Virus record (IMG/VR): IMGVR_UViG_3300022745_000018
Location: 32,001 to 96,000 of that record
Direction: 5' to 3' (one strand)
DNA: 64,000 bases
Source: a virus
Numbering within the stretch: position 1 is the first letter of the stretch; the number at the start of each line of letters is the position of its first letter. The notes under the pieces were generated by a model. That model saw only the letters and a program-made list of their open reading frames with translations. It ran no database searches and was not told the origin of the DNA. Shown in pieces: positions 56,676 through 64,000 of the stretch. The translations under genes were made by a program, and so were the position numbers.

Positions 56676-57329
56676 TCATTTTTCGCCTTTCGATGTTGGA
56701 CGAACCCACCAAGGTACCAGACTTGCCCGTGGTGCTGCCAGGAATTGTTGGATTTTCTCTTGTGTTTCTGTCAAAGCAGTCTTGATGGCCGAATCGCACA
56801 CCAGAATGCCGTTGATTACATAATTGCCCATTGCATAATATGGATCTACCGTACCAGGGAACTCAATGAATCCAGAGCGTTCTGAATAGTCTACAATATT
56901 AACTCTATCACAATATTTTCGAGCAAGCTTGTTCATCCAAACATTAGAAGACAGACAATTGATCTGCAACTTCTCTACACCAGTTGATTGTGCCCAGAGG
57001 ATGAGGTTGTTAAACAATGCAGAACCTACACCAGAATGACGACGATCGCTAGAAACCGAAACACCAATCTCATAGACACCATGAGATACTTTGGCTGCGT
57101 GAAGGAACCCAATCACATTCGTACCATCTTCGATGTAGCAGACATGATCGTTATGGATGTTGATCCTATCGATGTAATCCGACAGAGCTTCGTCTTTCAG
57201 ATTGGCGAAGAACCGCATGCGTCGATCATCTTCCGACAGTGCAACCAGATGTTCGAGGAATTTCTTTTTGAGGATTGGCCAATAGACAAAATTTGAATTG
57301 TCTATCGTCTTGACTACATGAAGCATCAT
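56676..57329 (-). CDS. GNAT acetyltransferase
   Basis: LS.DDRRMRFF, EIGVSV...R..GVGS.L, N..M..LARK. Confidence 0.85.
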   Translation of the reverse strand: MMLHVVKTIDNSNFVYWPILKKKFLEHLVALSEDDRRMRFFANLKDEALSDYIDRINIHNDHVCYIEDGTNVIGFLHAAKVSHGVYEIGVSVSSDRRHSGVGSALFNNLILWAQSTGVEKLQINCLSSNVWMNKLARKYCDRVNIVDYSERSGFIEFPGTVDPYYAMGNYVINGILVCDSAIKTALTETQEKIQQFLAAPRASLVPWWVRPTSKGEK

Positions 57330-57332
57330 GAA

Positions 57333-57578
57333 TCAGTATCCGATCCAAGACGAGACGGCCTTACCGATAAGAACCGCGAATAGACCAGACATGACCAATT
57401 GCAATCTGACGATCCACTTCTTGTTCTTACGATAGAACGACTTTGAATGAAGGGCCGCGTCAATTAGAAGAAAGATGCCGATCCAAAGAATGACGATAAG
57501 GATTGCCGGGAGAATGTAAGGGGATTCCCAGAATGCTTGTTCCAATGGGTTGCGATAGACGATGATAGATTGAGACAT
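57333..57578 (-). CDS. Small 2-TM protein
   Basis: IIVYRNPLEQAFWES then hydrophobic helices; GGAG SD. Confidence 0.6.
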   Translation of the reverse strand: MSQSIIVYRNPLEQAFWESPYILPAILIVILWIGIFLLIDAALHSKSFYRKNKKWIVRLQLVMSGLFAVLIGKAVSSWIGY

Positions 57579-57604
57579 AGATCACTCCAAAATAATGAAC
57601 GAAA

Positions 57605-57691
57605 TGGAGCGGGTGACAGGATTCGAACCTGCGTAAACTATTCGCCGCTTGCTTGGAAGGCAAGTGCTCTGACCAACTGAGCTACACCCGC
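57605..57691 (-). tRNA. tRNA-Gly(TCC) with 15-nt variable region
   Basis: Cloverleaf folded manually; CCA encoded. Confidence 0.85.
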
Positions 57692-57747
57692 ATGATTTTA
57701 AATAACTTCAAGATCAATTTTATTTCAAATTCGATCATGTAGTTGAT

Positions 57748-57839
57748 TGGTGGAGACGGTGAGATTTGAACTCACGGACCTATTTCTAAGCCGACGATTT
57801 TCAAGATCGTTGCAATCAGCCGGACTCTGCCACGTCTCC
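57748..57839 (-). tRNA. tRNA-Ser(TGA)
   Basis: Cloverleaf, long variable arm, CCA. Confidence 0.9.
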
Positions 57840-57861
57840 GATAATTAAGTTGATTCCAAAC

Positions 57862-57938
<77 letters not shown>

Positions 57939-57959
57939 TCAAAACCTACAATTCAACGG

Positions 57960-58032
57960 TTCCATCTGTTGGATTCGAACCAACGACCTCCCGCTTACAA
58001 GGCGGATACTCTTCCAGCTGAGTTAAGATGGA
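57960..58032 (-). tRNA. tRNA-Thr(TGT)
   Basis: Cloverleaf; ends ACCG (CCA not fully encoded). Confidence 0.88.
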
Positions 58033-58034
58033 TC

Positions 58035-58123
58035 TGGTGCGAAAAGAGAGACTCGAACTCTCACGGTATTTAACTCCCGCCAGAACCTAAATCTGGTGCG
58101 TCTACCAATTTCGCCATTCTCGC
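58035..58123 (-). tRNA. tRNA-Leu(TAG)
   Basis: Cloverleaf, long variable arm, CCA. Confidence 0.9.
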
Positions 58124-58135
58124 ACTGTTTATCAT

Positions 58136-58504
58136 TTATTCACAATTTGTGGTGCCTCGAGCTGGATTCGAACCAGCGACCTTCACCTTATCAAGATGAT
58201 ACTCTACCAACTGAGTTACCGAAGCATGTTCTCTTATGTACTGAGTGATCTTGTACGAATTTGCTACGGTATTGGAAAGATTCTCTTGCAGCAAACTCAG
58301 TACATCGTCCGGATAAGTCTTGAGCCAATGAACGGAGCCATACCATTCCAAACCAAATAACCGAACGAAAAACTTCTTTTTGTATTCAGCTTCAGCTGCT
58401 TCACGACGCTGAAAGAACAATCGATGCAAAGTTTCTGCTTCTGCACGAAGTCGAGCATCTTCTTCCAGCAATTCACCAAGACTTGCAATTTCTTTCTCAT
58501 TCAT
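58136..58504 (-). CDS. Hypothetical protein whose 3' end reads through tRNA-Ile
   Basis: AGGA SD, downstream of class-2 promoter 58607-58632. Confidence 0.5.
   Translation of the reverse strand: MNEKEIASLGELLEEDARLRAEAETLHRLFFQRREAAEAEYKKKFFVRLFGLEWYGSVHWLKTYPDDVLSLLQENLSNTVANSYKITQYIREHASVTQLVEYHLDKVKVAGSNPARGTTNCE
58150..58225 (-). tRNA. tRNA-Ile(GAT)
   Basis: Cloverleaf, CCA. Confidence 0.9.
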
Positions 58505-58637
58505 TTCTCAGAATCCTTAAACTCAAGACCAACTGTGTGAACGACTTCTTCTATCCATTGATCACGAGTTCCATTGTATTTCATGATATCCTCATTGTTG
58601 AATGCAATTATATCATACGCTCAACATGTGGTTGTTT

Positions 58638-58731
58638 TGGTGGCGAAAGTGGGATTCGAACCCACGGGGCGTCTATTCAACACCCGACGGCTTAGCAAGC
58701 CGCTGATTTAAACCAGCTCATCCATCTCGCC
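58638..58731 (-). tRNA. tRNA-Ser(GCT)
   Basis: Cloverleaf, long variable arm, CCA. Confidence 0.9.
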
Positions 58732-58736
58732 GATGT

Positions 58737-58812
58737 TGGACGCGGAAGAGGGACTTGAACCCTCGACACATGACGTATGAAGCCACTGCTCTACCAACTG
58801 AGCTATTCCGCG
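58737..58812 (-). tRNA. tRNA-Met(CAT), probably elongator
   Basis: Cloverleaf, CCA. Confidence 0.82.
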
Positions 58813-58813
58813 G

Positions 58814-58886
58814 CAAATCTGGTAGGATTCGAACCTACGACCTTCGGTTTTGGAGACCGACGCTCTGCCAATTGAGCTACAGACTT
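58814..58886 (-). tRNA. tRNA-Trp(CCA)
   Basis: Cloverleaf; abuts tRNA-Met, terminal CCA not fully encoded. Confidence 0.88.
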
Positions 58887-59367
58887 ATGTTGTTTTATTC
58901 TTGGGAACGAACGTTTCGTCCAACGGTTTCCAAGTAATCGTTGTGAAATTCAGATCGAAATCTGGAATCGGTAACTCAGACGGTTCAATCACGTCTTTGA
59001 TGTTGTAGGCAACAGTCATATGACACTTATATGAAGGATACGTGCTCGTTGCGCCGTTATTCAATAGTACCCTATTCAATGCAGCGGCATAACGACTATC
59101 TATCCTCAGAACGAGACATTTACCTTCCGTCTTTGTCGGAAAGACTTCCCATTCAACTGGAGTTCCCGTGCATGAATTTGGTGTTGCTAAAGTAAACGGT
59201 TTCTTGATCGGTATATCGTCGATAGGTGTCTGCGAATAGATCACTGTGACGTGATACGTATCCGGGTCCAATCGTTCAGATAGACCAAACTTTTCAACGA
59301 AAGCGTCCAACTTATCCTTAGATTCCTCATCAGGATTTAGACAAACAAAAACTCCATCCAAACTCAT
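58885..59367 (-). CDS. acb1: 2H phosphoesterase, anti-CBASS Acb1 / T4 57B-like
   Basis: HVTVIYS and HMTVAY (two HxT motifs); located in tRNA cluster as in T4. Confidence 0.8.
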   Translation of the reverse strand: MSLDGVFVCLNPDEESKDKLDAFVEKFGLSERLDPDTYHVTVIYSQTPIDDIPIKKPFTLATPNSCTGTPVEWEVFPTKTEGKCLVLRIDSRYAAALNRVLLNNGATSTYPSYKCHMTVAYNIKDVIEPSELPIPDFDLNFTTITWKPLDETFVPKNKTT

Positions 59368-59380
59368 GCGATTCTCCAAA

Positions 59381-59530
59381 TCACCAATGTCTGATAACAC
59401 CAGCGATGATAAAAATGTTAGTAATCACCGCGCTCAAGACCAAAATTGATCTAATGATTGCGACTCTATCGGCTTCATTGTTAGATGAACCAGATTTTTC
59501 TCCAAGAGCCTTTGCCCAAATTCTCCACAT
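59381..59530 (-). CDS. 49-aa membrane peptide
   Basis: Manually read MWRIWAKALGEKSGSSNNEADRVAIIR...IIAGVIRHW. Confidence 0.65.
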   Translation of the reverse strand: MWRIWAKALGEKSGSSNNEADRVAIIRSILVLSAVITNIFIIAGVIRHW

Positions 59531-59548
59531 CACAAACCCTTCATTTCA

Positions 59549-59625
59549 TGGAACGCCGAGAGAGATTTGAACTCTCGAAAAATGGATTTGCAATCCATCG
59601 CATTAGACCACTCTGCCATCGGCGC
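59549..59625 (-). tRNA. tRNA-Cys(GCA)
   Basis: Cloverleaf, U73, CCA. Confidence 0.9.
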
Positions 59626-59627
59626 AC

Positions 59628-59701
59628 TGGGGTGTAGTCGGGAATCGAACCCTGGCCAATTGGGTCACAACCAATTATTCTACCACTAAACTAACTACAC
59701 C
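59628..59701 (-). tRNA. tRNA-His(GTG)
   Basis: Cloverleaf, G-1:C73, CCA. Confidence 0.88.
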
Positions 59702-59708
59702 ATAAACA

Positions 59709-59785
59709 TGGCGGCTCGTATGGGACTCGAACCCATGACCTCCACCGTGACAGGGTGGCGCTCTAACCAACTGAGCTAACGAACC
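59709..59785 (-). tRNA. tRNA-Asp(GTC)
   Basis: Cloverleaf, CCA. Confidence 0.92.
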
Positions 59786-59865
59786 ATTGAAGATTGCATA
59801 TACAATCCTCAGGAAATCCGACTGCAGAATTTATATAGACGCGCTGCAGCCTCCGCGCCATTGTC

Positions 59866-59940
59866 TGGCAGAGGAGGTAGGAATCGAACCTACGAATGTC
59901 GGGATCAAAACCCGATGCCTTACCATTTGGCTACTCCCCA
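59866..59940 (-). tRNA. tRNA-Gln(TTG)
   Basis: Cloverleaf, CCA. Confidence 0.9.
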
Positions 59941-59947
59941 ACAAAAT

Positions 59948-60022
59948 TGGTACGACGTGCATGATTTGAACATGCGACCGACGGATTATGAGTCCGCTGC
60001 TCTACCGCTGAGCTAACATCGT
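59948..60022 (-). tRNA. tRNA with CAT anticodon, probably Ile2 (lysidine)
   Basis: Cloverleaf, ACTCATAAT anticodon arm like ileX, A73. Confidence 0.8.
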
Positions 60023-60024
60023 AT

Positions 60025-60116
60025 TGGCTCCACTCCGAGGATTCGAACCTCGCTCCTACTTAATTCAGAACCTCCGGTTAACAGCCGGGTGCCTTCGCCT
60101 AGCCAGCACGAGTGGA
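60025..60116 (-). tRNA. tRNA-Asn(GTT) with long variable arm
   Basis: Acceptor TCCACTC/GAGTGGA, G73, CCA; ~20-nt variable arm. Confidence 0.75.
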
Positions 60117-60239
60117 ATATTCAAATCTTTTTAGATTTACTCTCTATCAAAACAGCATTTCCATGATGGAGGAACACAGATTTCCACTTTTCAACCAATT
60201 GCTCTACTGTTTTCATAAACGAGATCGTCCTATCAAATG

Positions 60240-60332
60240 TGGTGGGTGTGGTTGGAGTTGAACCAACAATGTTTACCACGAGGGGACGGGTTTACAGCCC
60301 GCCGATGCACACACCATAGCATCAACACACCC
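60240..60332 (-). tRNA. tRNA-Tyr(GTA)
   Basis: Cloverleaf with 5-bp D stem, CCA. Confidence 0.82.
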
Positions 60333-60338
60333 AATGAA

Positions 60339-60548
60339 CTTTATACACCTGACGACTCATTCGTCACGCCAGTTTTATTCGTGACCATTTTACCGATACG
60401 ATGAAGCAGCTGCTCGGATTGTGGTACGTAGAATTTAGTTGATAGCGGAGTTTACTAGTTTAGCCTCATTCGCAGAGATTCACTCGTTCGCACGGGTTTC
60501 GAAGCCGCACTTTCTCAACATCTACAACAAATCACCAGGTGTATAAAG
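60339..60548 (-). ncRNA. Unknown structured RNA closed by 13-bp stem
   Basis: Perfect IR 60339-60351 / 60536-60548, no ORF. Confidence 0.55.
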
Positions 60549-60559
60549 ACCGACATGCG

Positions 60560-60647
60560 GTACCATTGTTGAAACATGCTATGGGACCACGCTATAGGGG
60601 CATCGGTCATCCTCCCCAAGCTAATTAACATGTTTCAACAATGGTAC
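60560..60647 (-). ncRNA. Unknown RNA closed by 19-bp stem
   Basis: Perfect IR 60560-60578 / 60629-60647. Confidence 0.5.
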
Positions 60648-60718
60648 TCAGTACGGGATTCGAACCCGTGTTACCGCCGTGAAAGGGCGGTGTCCTAGGC
60701 CAGCTAGACGAACTGAGC
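60642..60718 (-). tRNA. tRNA-Glu(TTC)
   Basis: Cloverleaf, CCA. Confidence 0.92.
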
Positions 60719-60725
60719 ATTGAAT

Positions 60726-60801
60726 TGGTCTCGGATGGAGGATTTGCACCCCCGGCCTCATGGTCCCAAACCATGCGCTCTACTCACTGAGCTAATCCGA
60801 G
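60726..60801 (-). tRNA. tRNA-Pro(TGG)
   Basis: Cloverleaf, CCA; T-loop TGCAAAT. Confidence 0.85.
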
Positions 60802-60859
60802 AAACATTTCGTTTGATGACTATTTATCAGTCTCTCGATTGATCTTTGGTGAAAAATCA

Positions 60860-60988
60860 ATTTTAACAGATGATGCTCTGACCTCTGGAGTCTTTTTCAC
60901 CGCGCTGGTTAGGCTGCTTCATACCGAGACTCGGGTACCAGCCAAGTTTATCGGTCTGCTATCAGTGATGAACATCATCTATTAAAAT
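60860..60988 (-). ncRNA. Unknown RNA closed by 16-bp stem
   Basis: IR 60860-60875 / 60973-60988; the single difference is a G-U pair on the minus strand. Confidence 0.55.
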
Positions 60989-61097
60989 CACTTCAATGGG
61001 TACGACTTGATACGTACTTGAGAAGATCACAAGTACGTCTCGAACCGTATCGCAACTCACCTACTGCATGTCCTATCCATGCCGCCACTGAAATGAT
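60987..61097 (-). ncRNA. Unknown RNA closed by 13-bp stem
   Basis: AUCAUUUCAGUGG / CCAUUGAAGUGAU, two G-U pairs on the minus strand. Confidence 0.5.
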
Positions 61098-61110
61098 ATT
61101 CTATATCTCA

Positions 61111-61302
61111 ACTTCAGTGTTTCGATGCATGCTAAGATCGGCTTTCCAAGACGTTACTGATTGTAGCTGACGGGAGCGACCCGATTGCTGTGGCGTTTCA
61201 CCACCAATCTTTCCTACAAAACACGAAGTATTCGTGTGAGTGAAAGAAGCAAAACTGCCCTATCCGATGACTGCTTTTGTCCATGCATCGAAACACTGAA
61301 GT
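61111..61302 (-). ncRNA. Unknown structured RNA closed by 21-bp stem
   Basis: Perfect IR 61111-61131 / 61282-61302; internal hairpins incl. GUGGUGAAACGCCAC. Confidence 0.6.
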
Positions 61303-61306
61303 CGAA

Positions 61307-61625
61307 ATATTCCATTGATAGTAGTTGCCACTGTAATTTCCGGCATTCACCATCACAACCACAAACTAATCTGCATTGCTACTCGTAAACTTGCAAATTA
61401 AGTATTGCCGTTCCATCTTTTGCATCGTTTAGTTCGCGTCTGTGATGCGTATCAGCCTACGCATTTACTATCAATTCTGCCTACCAGTCACTCTGGTGCT
61501 CCGCGTTGCTGGTAACGAACCAAGGCAGAATTGATAGCAGTGGGGTTCCACTACCCACACTCGAGTTTGATTACTGCGGTTCACTCCGCATATGGACTTA
61601 GAGATCTTGACTATCAATAACATTC
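61307..61625 (-). ncRNA. Unknown ~315-nt structured RNA region
   Basis: Repeated ATTGATAG/CTATCAAT arms; 15-bp IR CTATCAATTCTGCCT/AGGCAGAATTGATAG; UGCGUA-GGCUGA-UACGCA hairpin. Confidence 0.45.
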
Positions 61626-61753
61626 ATGGAGTGGCTGGAGGGATTCGAACCCACGACTCGCCCATGTTAGGAAATGTACATCTCATTAACATGTCGGCTG
61701 TGCATTATTCAGCTCATAACTCTACCAACTGAGTTACAGCCACTCCATGAATG
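61621..61753 (-). ncRNA. tRNA-like RNA with anticodon arm replaced by two hairpins
   Basis: Acceptor, D and T arms intact; 17-bp extended closing stem. Confidence 0.7.
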
Positions 61754-61759
61754 CTTTGT

Positions 61760-61790
61760 TGGTGCGCCTGGAGAGATTCGAACTCCATAA
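61760..61790 (-). pseudogene. Orphan tRNA 3' fragment (T-arm, acceptor strand, CCA)
   Basis: GGAGTTCGAATCTCTCCAGGCGCACCA with no 5' half. Confidence 0.65.
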
Positions 61791-61822
61791 ATATCATCAA
61801 ACTTTATTACACCACTGTTGTC

Positions 61823-62605
61823 ATGTCATACCAAAGATTGAAGTCATCCTGTTTGTCATGTAAAAGACTGATTTCTGCTAATTTATTAACCACACATGTG
61901 TCTAGCAAATCGTGTCAAACATACAAACAACCAAATATCATAAACGGACATTGTAGATTTTGCAATTTGCGCATGGCAGAAATAGAAAACAAAGAACGTG
62001 GAAATCACGTAAAATGGTGCAAAGAAAACCCAGAACGCGGCTTCATGAATGGTTCAAGACAAGCCATCTGCAATCAAATGAACACACCCGCTGCTAGATC
62101 AAAAGCAGTTCTTGGTATAAAAGCAGCCCACGCTAGTGGGCGATACGATGCATCCAATATCAGAAAGAAGAACAAACCCAGACATTCACACTCAATAGAA
62201 ACTAAAGCAAAATTATCAAAGATTGCTAGAGAATCGAAACACAGAAGAATTTGCAAAAGAACACACCAGTTCGTTGATAAAAGAGGGCGTGTTTATAAAT
62301 TCGATTCTTCATGGGAAGATGCACTAGCAACACGATTAGATGAACTAGATATCGAATGGACAAGACCGCATGAACCGATACCATATATCCTGAATGGTAA
62401 ACAACACCACTATTTCCCAGACTTCTTTTTACCAGATTACGATGTTTATCTAGACCCGAAAAACAGTTTCGTCATGAAACAACAATTGGAAAAGATAACG
62501 ATCATTTCCAATTCTGTGAAATTGATATGCATTACGTCTTTGAACGAATGTAAAAGTTTTTCAGTAGATTATATGAGCGCCAGACTGGACTCGAACCAGC
62601 ATTGA
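61823..62605 (+). mobile_element. Putative free-standing homing endonuclease (PD-(D/E)xK type, Zn-finger + NUMOD3-like)
   Basis: CxxC motifs, HSIETKAKLS, DSSWE, YFPDFFLPDYDVYLDPK; antisense to tRNA cluster. Confidence 0.75.
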
Positions 62606-62659
62606 TTCCATTACACTGCTACGCTTTAGAAGAGCGTTGTGATACTGGCGCTCATATAA
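62569..62659 (-). ncRNA. D-armless tRNA-Arg(TCT)-like RNA
   Basis: Acceptor GCGCCAG/CTGGCGC, 7-nt linker instead of D arm, ACGCT-CTTCTAA-AGCGT, long variable region, T arm; 15-bp closing stem. Confidence 0.7.
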
Positions 62660-62663
62660 CCCA

Positions 62664-62767
62664 CAATTCAAAAGAACAATAACGTCTCTTCAATGCATCA
62701 GGCACATCAAAGCCATGTTGGTGGCGGCAACATCTTGGAAAAGAGTCCGCATCGTTCTTTTGAATTG
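62664..62767 (-). ncRNA. Unknown RNA closed by 14-bp stem
   Basis: Perfect IR 62664-62677 / 62754-62767. Confidence 0.5.
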
Positions 62768-62868
62768 GCTCTATTTCTAGAGCCAAAGGAATCAACTTAA
62801 TTTTTAATGAACATTACATACAGCGGTAACCGCCATTTGTTTTCGACTGTTTGTTTGTCGATGGATGA

Positions 62869-62895
62869 ATTTTATACAAGACTCATTCATGTGGT
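62869..62895 (-). promoter_or_regulatory. Class-2 promoter ACCACA-N15-TAAAAT heading the tRNA/ncRNA array
   Basis: Repeat motif plus shared leader TCATCCATCGACAAA. Confidence 0.7.
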
Positions 62896-63192
62896 TGTTT
62901 TCATTTGCCTGCATTCTCTCATTGCCCATTCAATGGTTGAATCAACTTGAGAAATCAGTTCGGTGAATAACGGGCCACCTTCTTCTAATGCCACCTTATT
63001 GCTATCTACATGATAGTAAATGCACAAGAACCCAAATTTCGATTTGATCTGTGTGAACTTGACTGCATCCTCTCCAATCAACCACCAGATTTTTTCCATA
63101 GCATCACCGATCGTTTTATCCCATTCCGAGCAGACTGCAACATCACATCCAGTTGCGATCACCTTCAGAACTCTGGGATCTCGATCAGCCAT
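62887..63192 (-). CDS. Hypothetical protein
   Basis: W..., QIKSKFG.L.IY motif common in small phage proteins. Confidence 0.6.
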   Translation of the reverse strand: MADRDPRVLKVIATGCDVAVCSEWDKTIGDAMEKIWWLIGEDAVKFTQIKSKFGFLCIYYHVDSNKVALEEGGPLFTELISQVDSTIEWAMRECRQMKTTT

Positions 63193-63373
63193 TCAACTGT
63201 TCTTGAGTCTGATAGCGTTTTGCATCTTCAGGAGTCTTGATCTCGAAAAGACCATCTGCGCCTTCGGATACATGTGCATCAGGATTCTTGCGGAAGATCG
63301 CATCGTAATTTGTTGCGAACGTACTGTAATCAGTAGGTCTCTGTTTAGAACCCTTACCTGCTTCATGAGCCAT
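63185..63373 (-). CDS. Small phage protein
   Basis: GKGSKQRPTD...NYDAIF. Confidence 0.6.
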   Translation of the reverse strand: MAHEAGKGSKQRPTDYSTFATNYDAIFRKNPDAHVSEGADGLFEIKTPEDAKRYQTQEQLNG

Positions 63374-63376
63374 GAT

Positions 63377-64000
63377 TCACCTCACTCTAAACTTAATGTC
63401 ATTTGGATATTCACCACCCTTTGAATTTCGGATCTCTATTCGATAATCCTTAATGGGTGATGAGCAATTTATCGTTAACTGTTTGGATGTTTCTGATGGA
63501 TAAACTATCCGTTCGACTTCCACATCAGCCAATGTCTTCAATTTATTGTCGTCTATGAAGAAAGTTTCCCAACCGTCTTTGCGATCTCTTGCATAATAGT
63601 AATTGCAACCCCAAGCTCGGCGCATGATGTCTGTCGTTTCGTATTTGTTGTGACCGGTGGCTGGGATTTTCTGTCTATCCAGTATTATCCCATTCCTGGT
63701 ATCGAACGACTCTTGGAGTGTATTCAAGTTAACACCAAAGGATTGCAGAAACTTTGCACCAAACGAATGCTGGTCTAAGGTAGTACCATCAAATAACGAC
63801 TTCGCCCCGCTATATGACGAAAACGTATCGCCGTGTGCCGACTTCAATGAGATGTAATGTTTCTCACCAGTTTTCGTTGTCACGACGGCATCACCAACTA
63901 CAGACCCAAGATGTTCAATTGGTACATCAGATTTTCTAGTGGAACCTTTACGTTCAGATACATTAGCGATGTTTTGCTTATCCGGTAACCCTAAGTCAAC
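63377..64000 (-). CDS. Hypothetical protein, 5'-truncated by window edge
   Basis: Frame stays open to base 64000; GD....YISLK may be a nuclease-like motif. Confidence 0.55.
   Translation of the reverse strand, partial: VDLGLPDKQNIANVSERKGSTRKSDVPIEHLGSVVGDAVVTTKTGEKHYISLKSAHGDTFSSYSGAKSLFDGTTLDQHSFGAKFLQSFGVNLNTLQESFDTRNGIILDRQKIPATGHNKYETTDIMRRAWGCNYYYARDRKDGWETFFIDDNKLKTLADVEVERIVYPSETSKQLTINCSSPIKDYRIEIRNSKGGEYPNDIKFRVR

Noticed and set aside
57460-57663. ORF overlapping tRNA-Gly (likewise 58483-58695, 58755-58937, 59787-59969, 61185-61388)
   Set aside because: Chance frames across tRNA or ncRNA sequence without SD or protein features.
60121-62790. CRISPR array or tmRNA in the non-coding region
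   Set aside because: The repeats are inverted and unique to each module, not direct repeats with spacers; no tmRNA acceptor ends or tag ORF found.

Overview
A 64-kb slice of a large lytic T4-superfamily (myovirus-type) phage genome. 1-6.7 kb (-): gp16, gp15, gp14, a lysis cassette wedged between gp14 and gp13, and a RuvC-like resolvase. 6.7-15.7 kb (-): replisome (gp41, UvsX, gp43, DsbA, Hsp20 with a ROSE-like thermometer, RegA, gp62/44/45). 15.7-23.6 kb (-): cytosine-hypermodification cluster (NTP-PPase, atypical C5-MTase, two GT-like proteins, TagD-like cytidylyltransferase, HAD-kinase fusion, gp42-like enzyme, dNMP kinase). After a palindrome-rich divergent intergenic region come a DinG helicase, an exonuclease, PAAR and a large terminase broken into three genes. 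Two atypically split inteins, each fractured by an HNH homing-endonuclease gene, must rejoin the three pieces by protein trans-splicing. Next are four tailspikes and an accessory/anti-defence region (SLT, RNA ligase, HD hydrolase, TAXI/PspA-like cassette, DNA ligase, macrodomain, GNAT, Acb1-like 2H). The window ends with 18 tRNAs interleaved with aberrant tRNA-like RNAs and several non-coding modules closed by long terminal stems. All calls come from motifs read by eye; no database searches were run.
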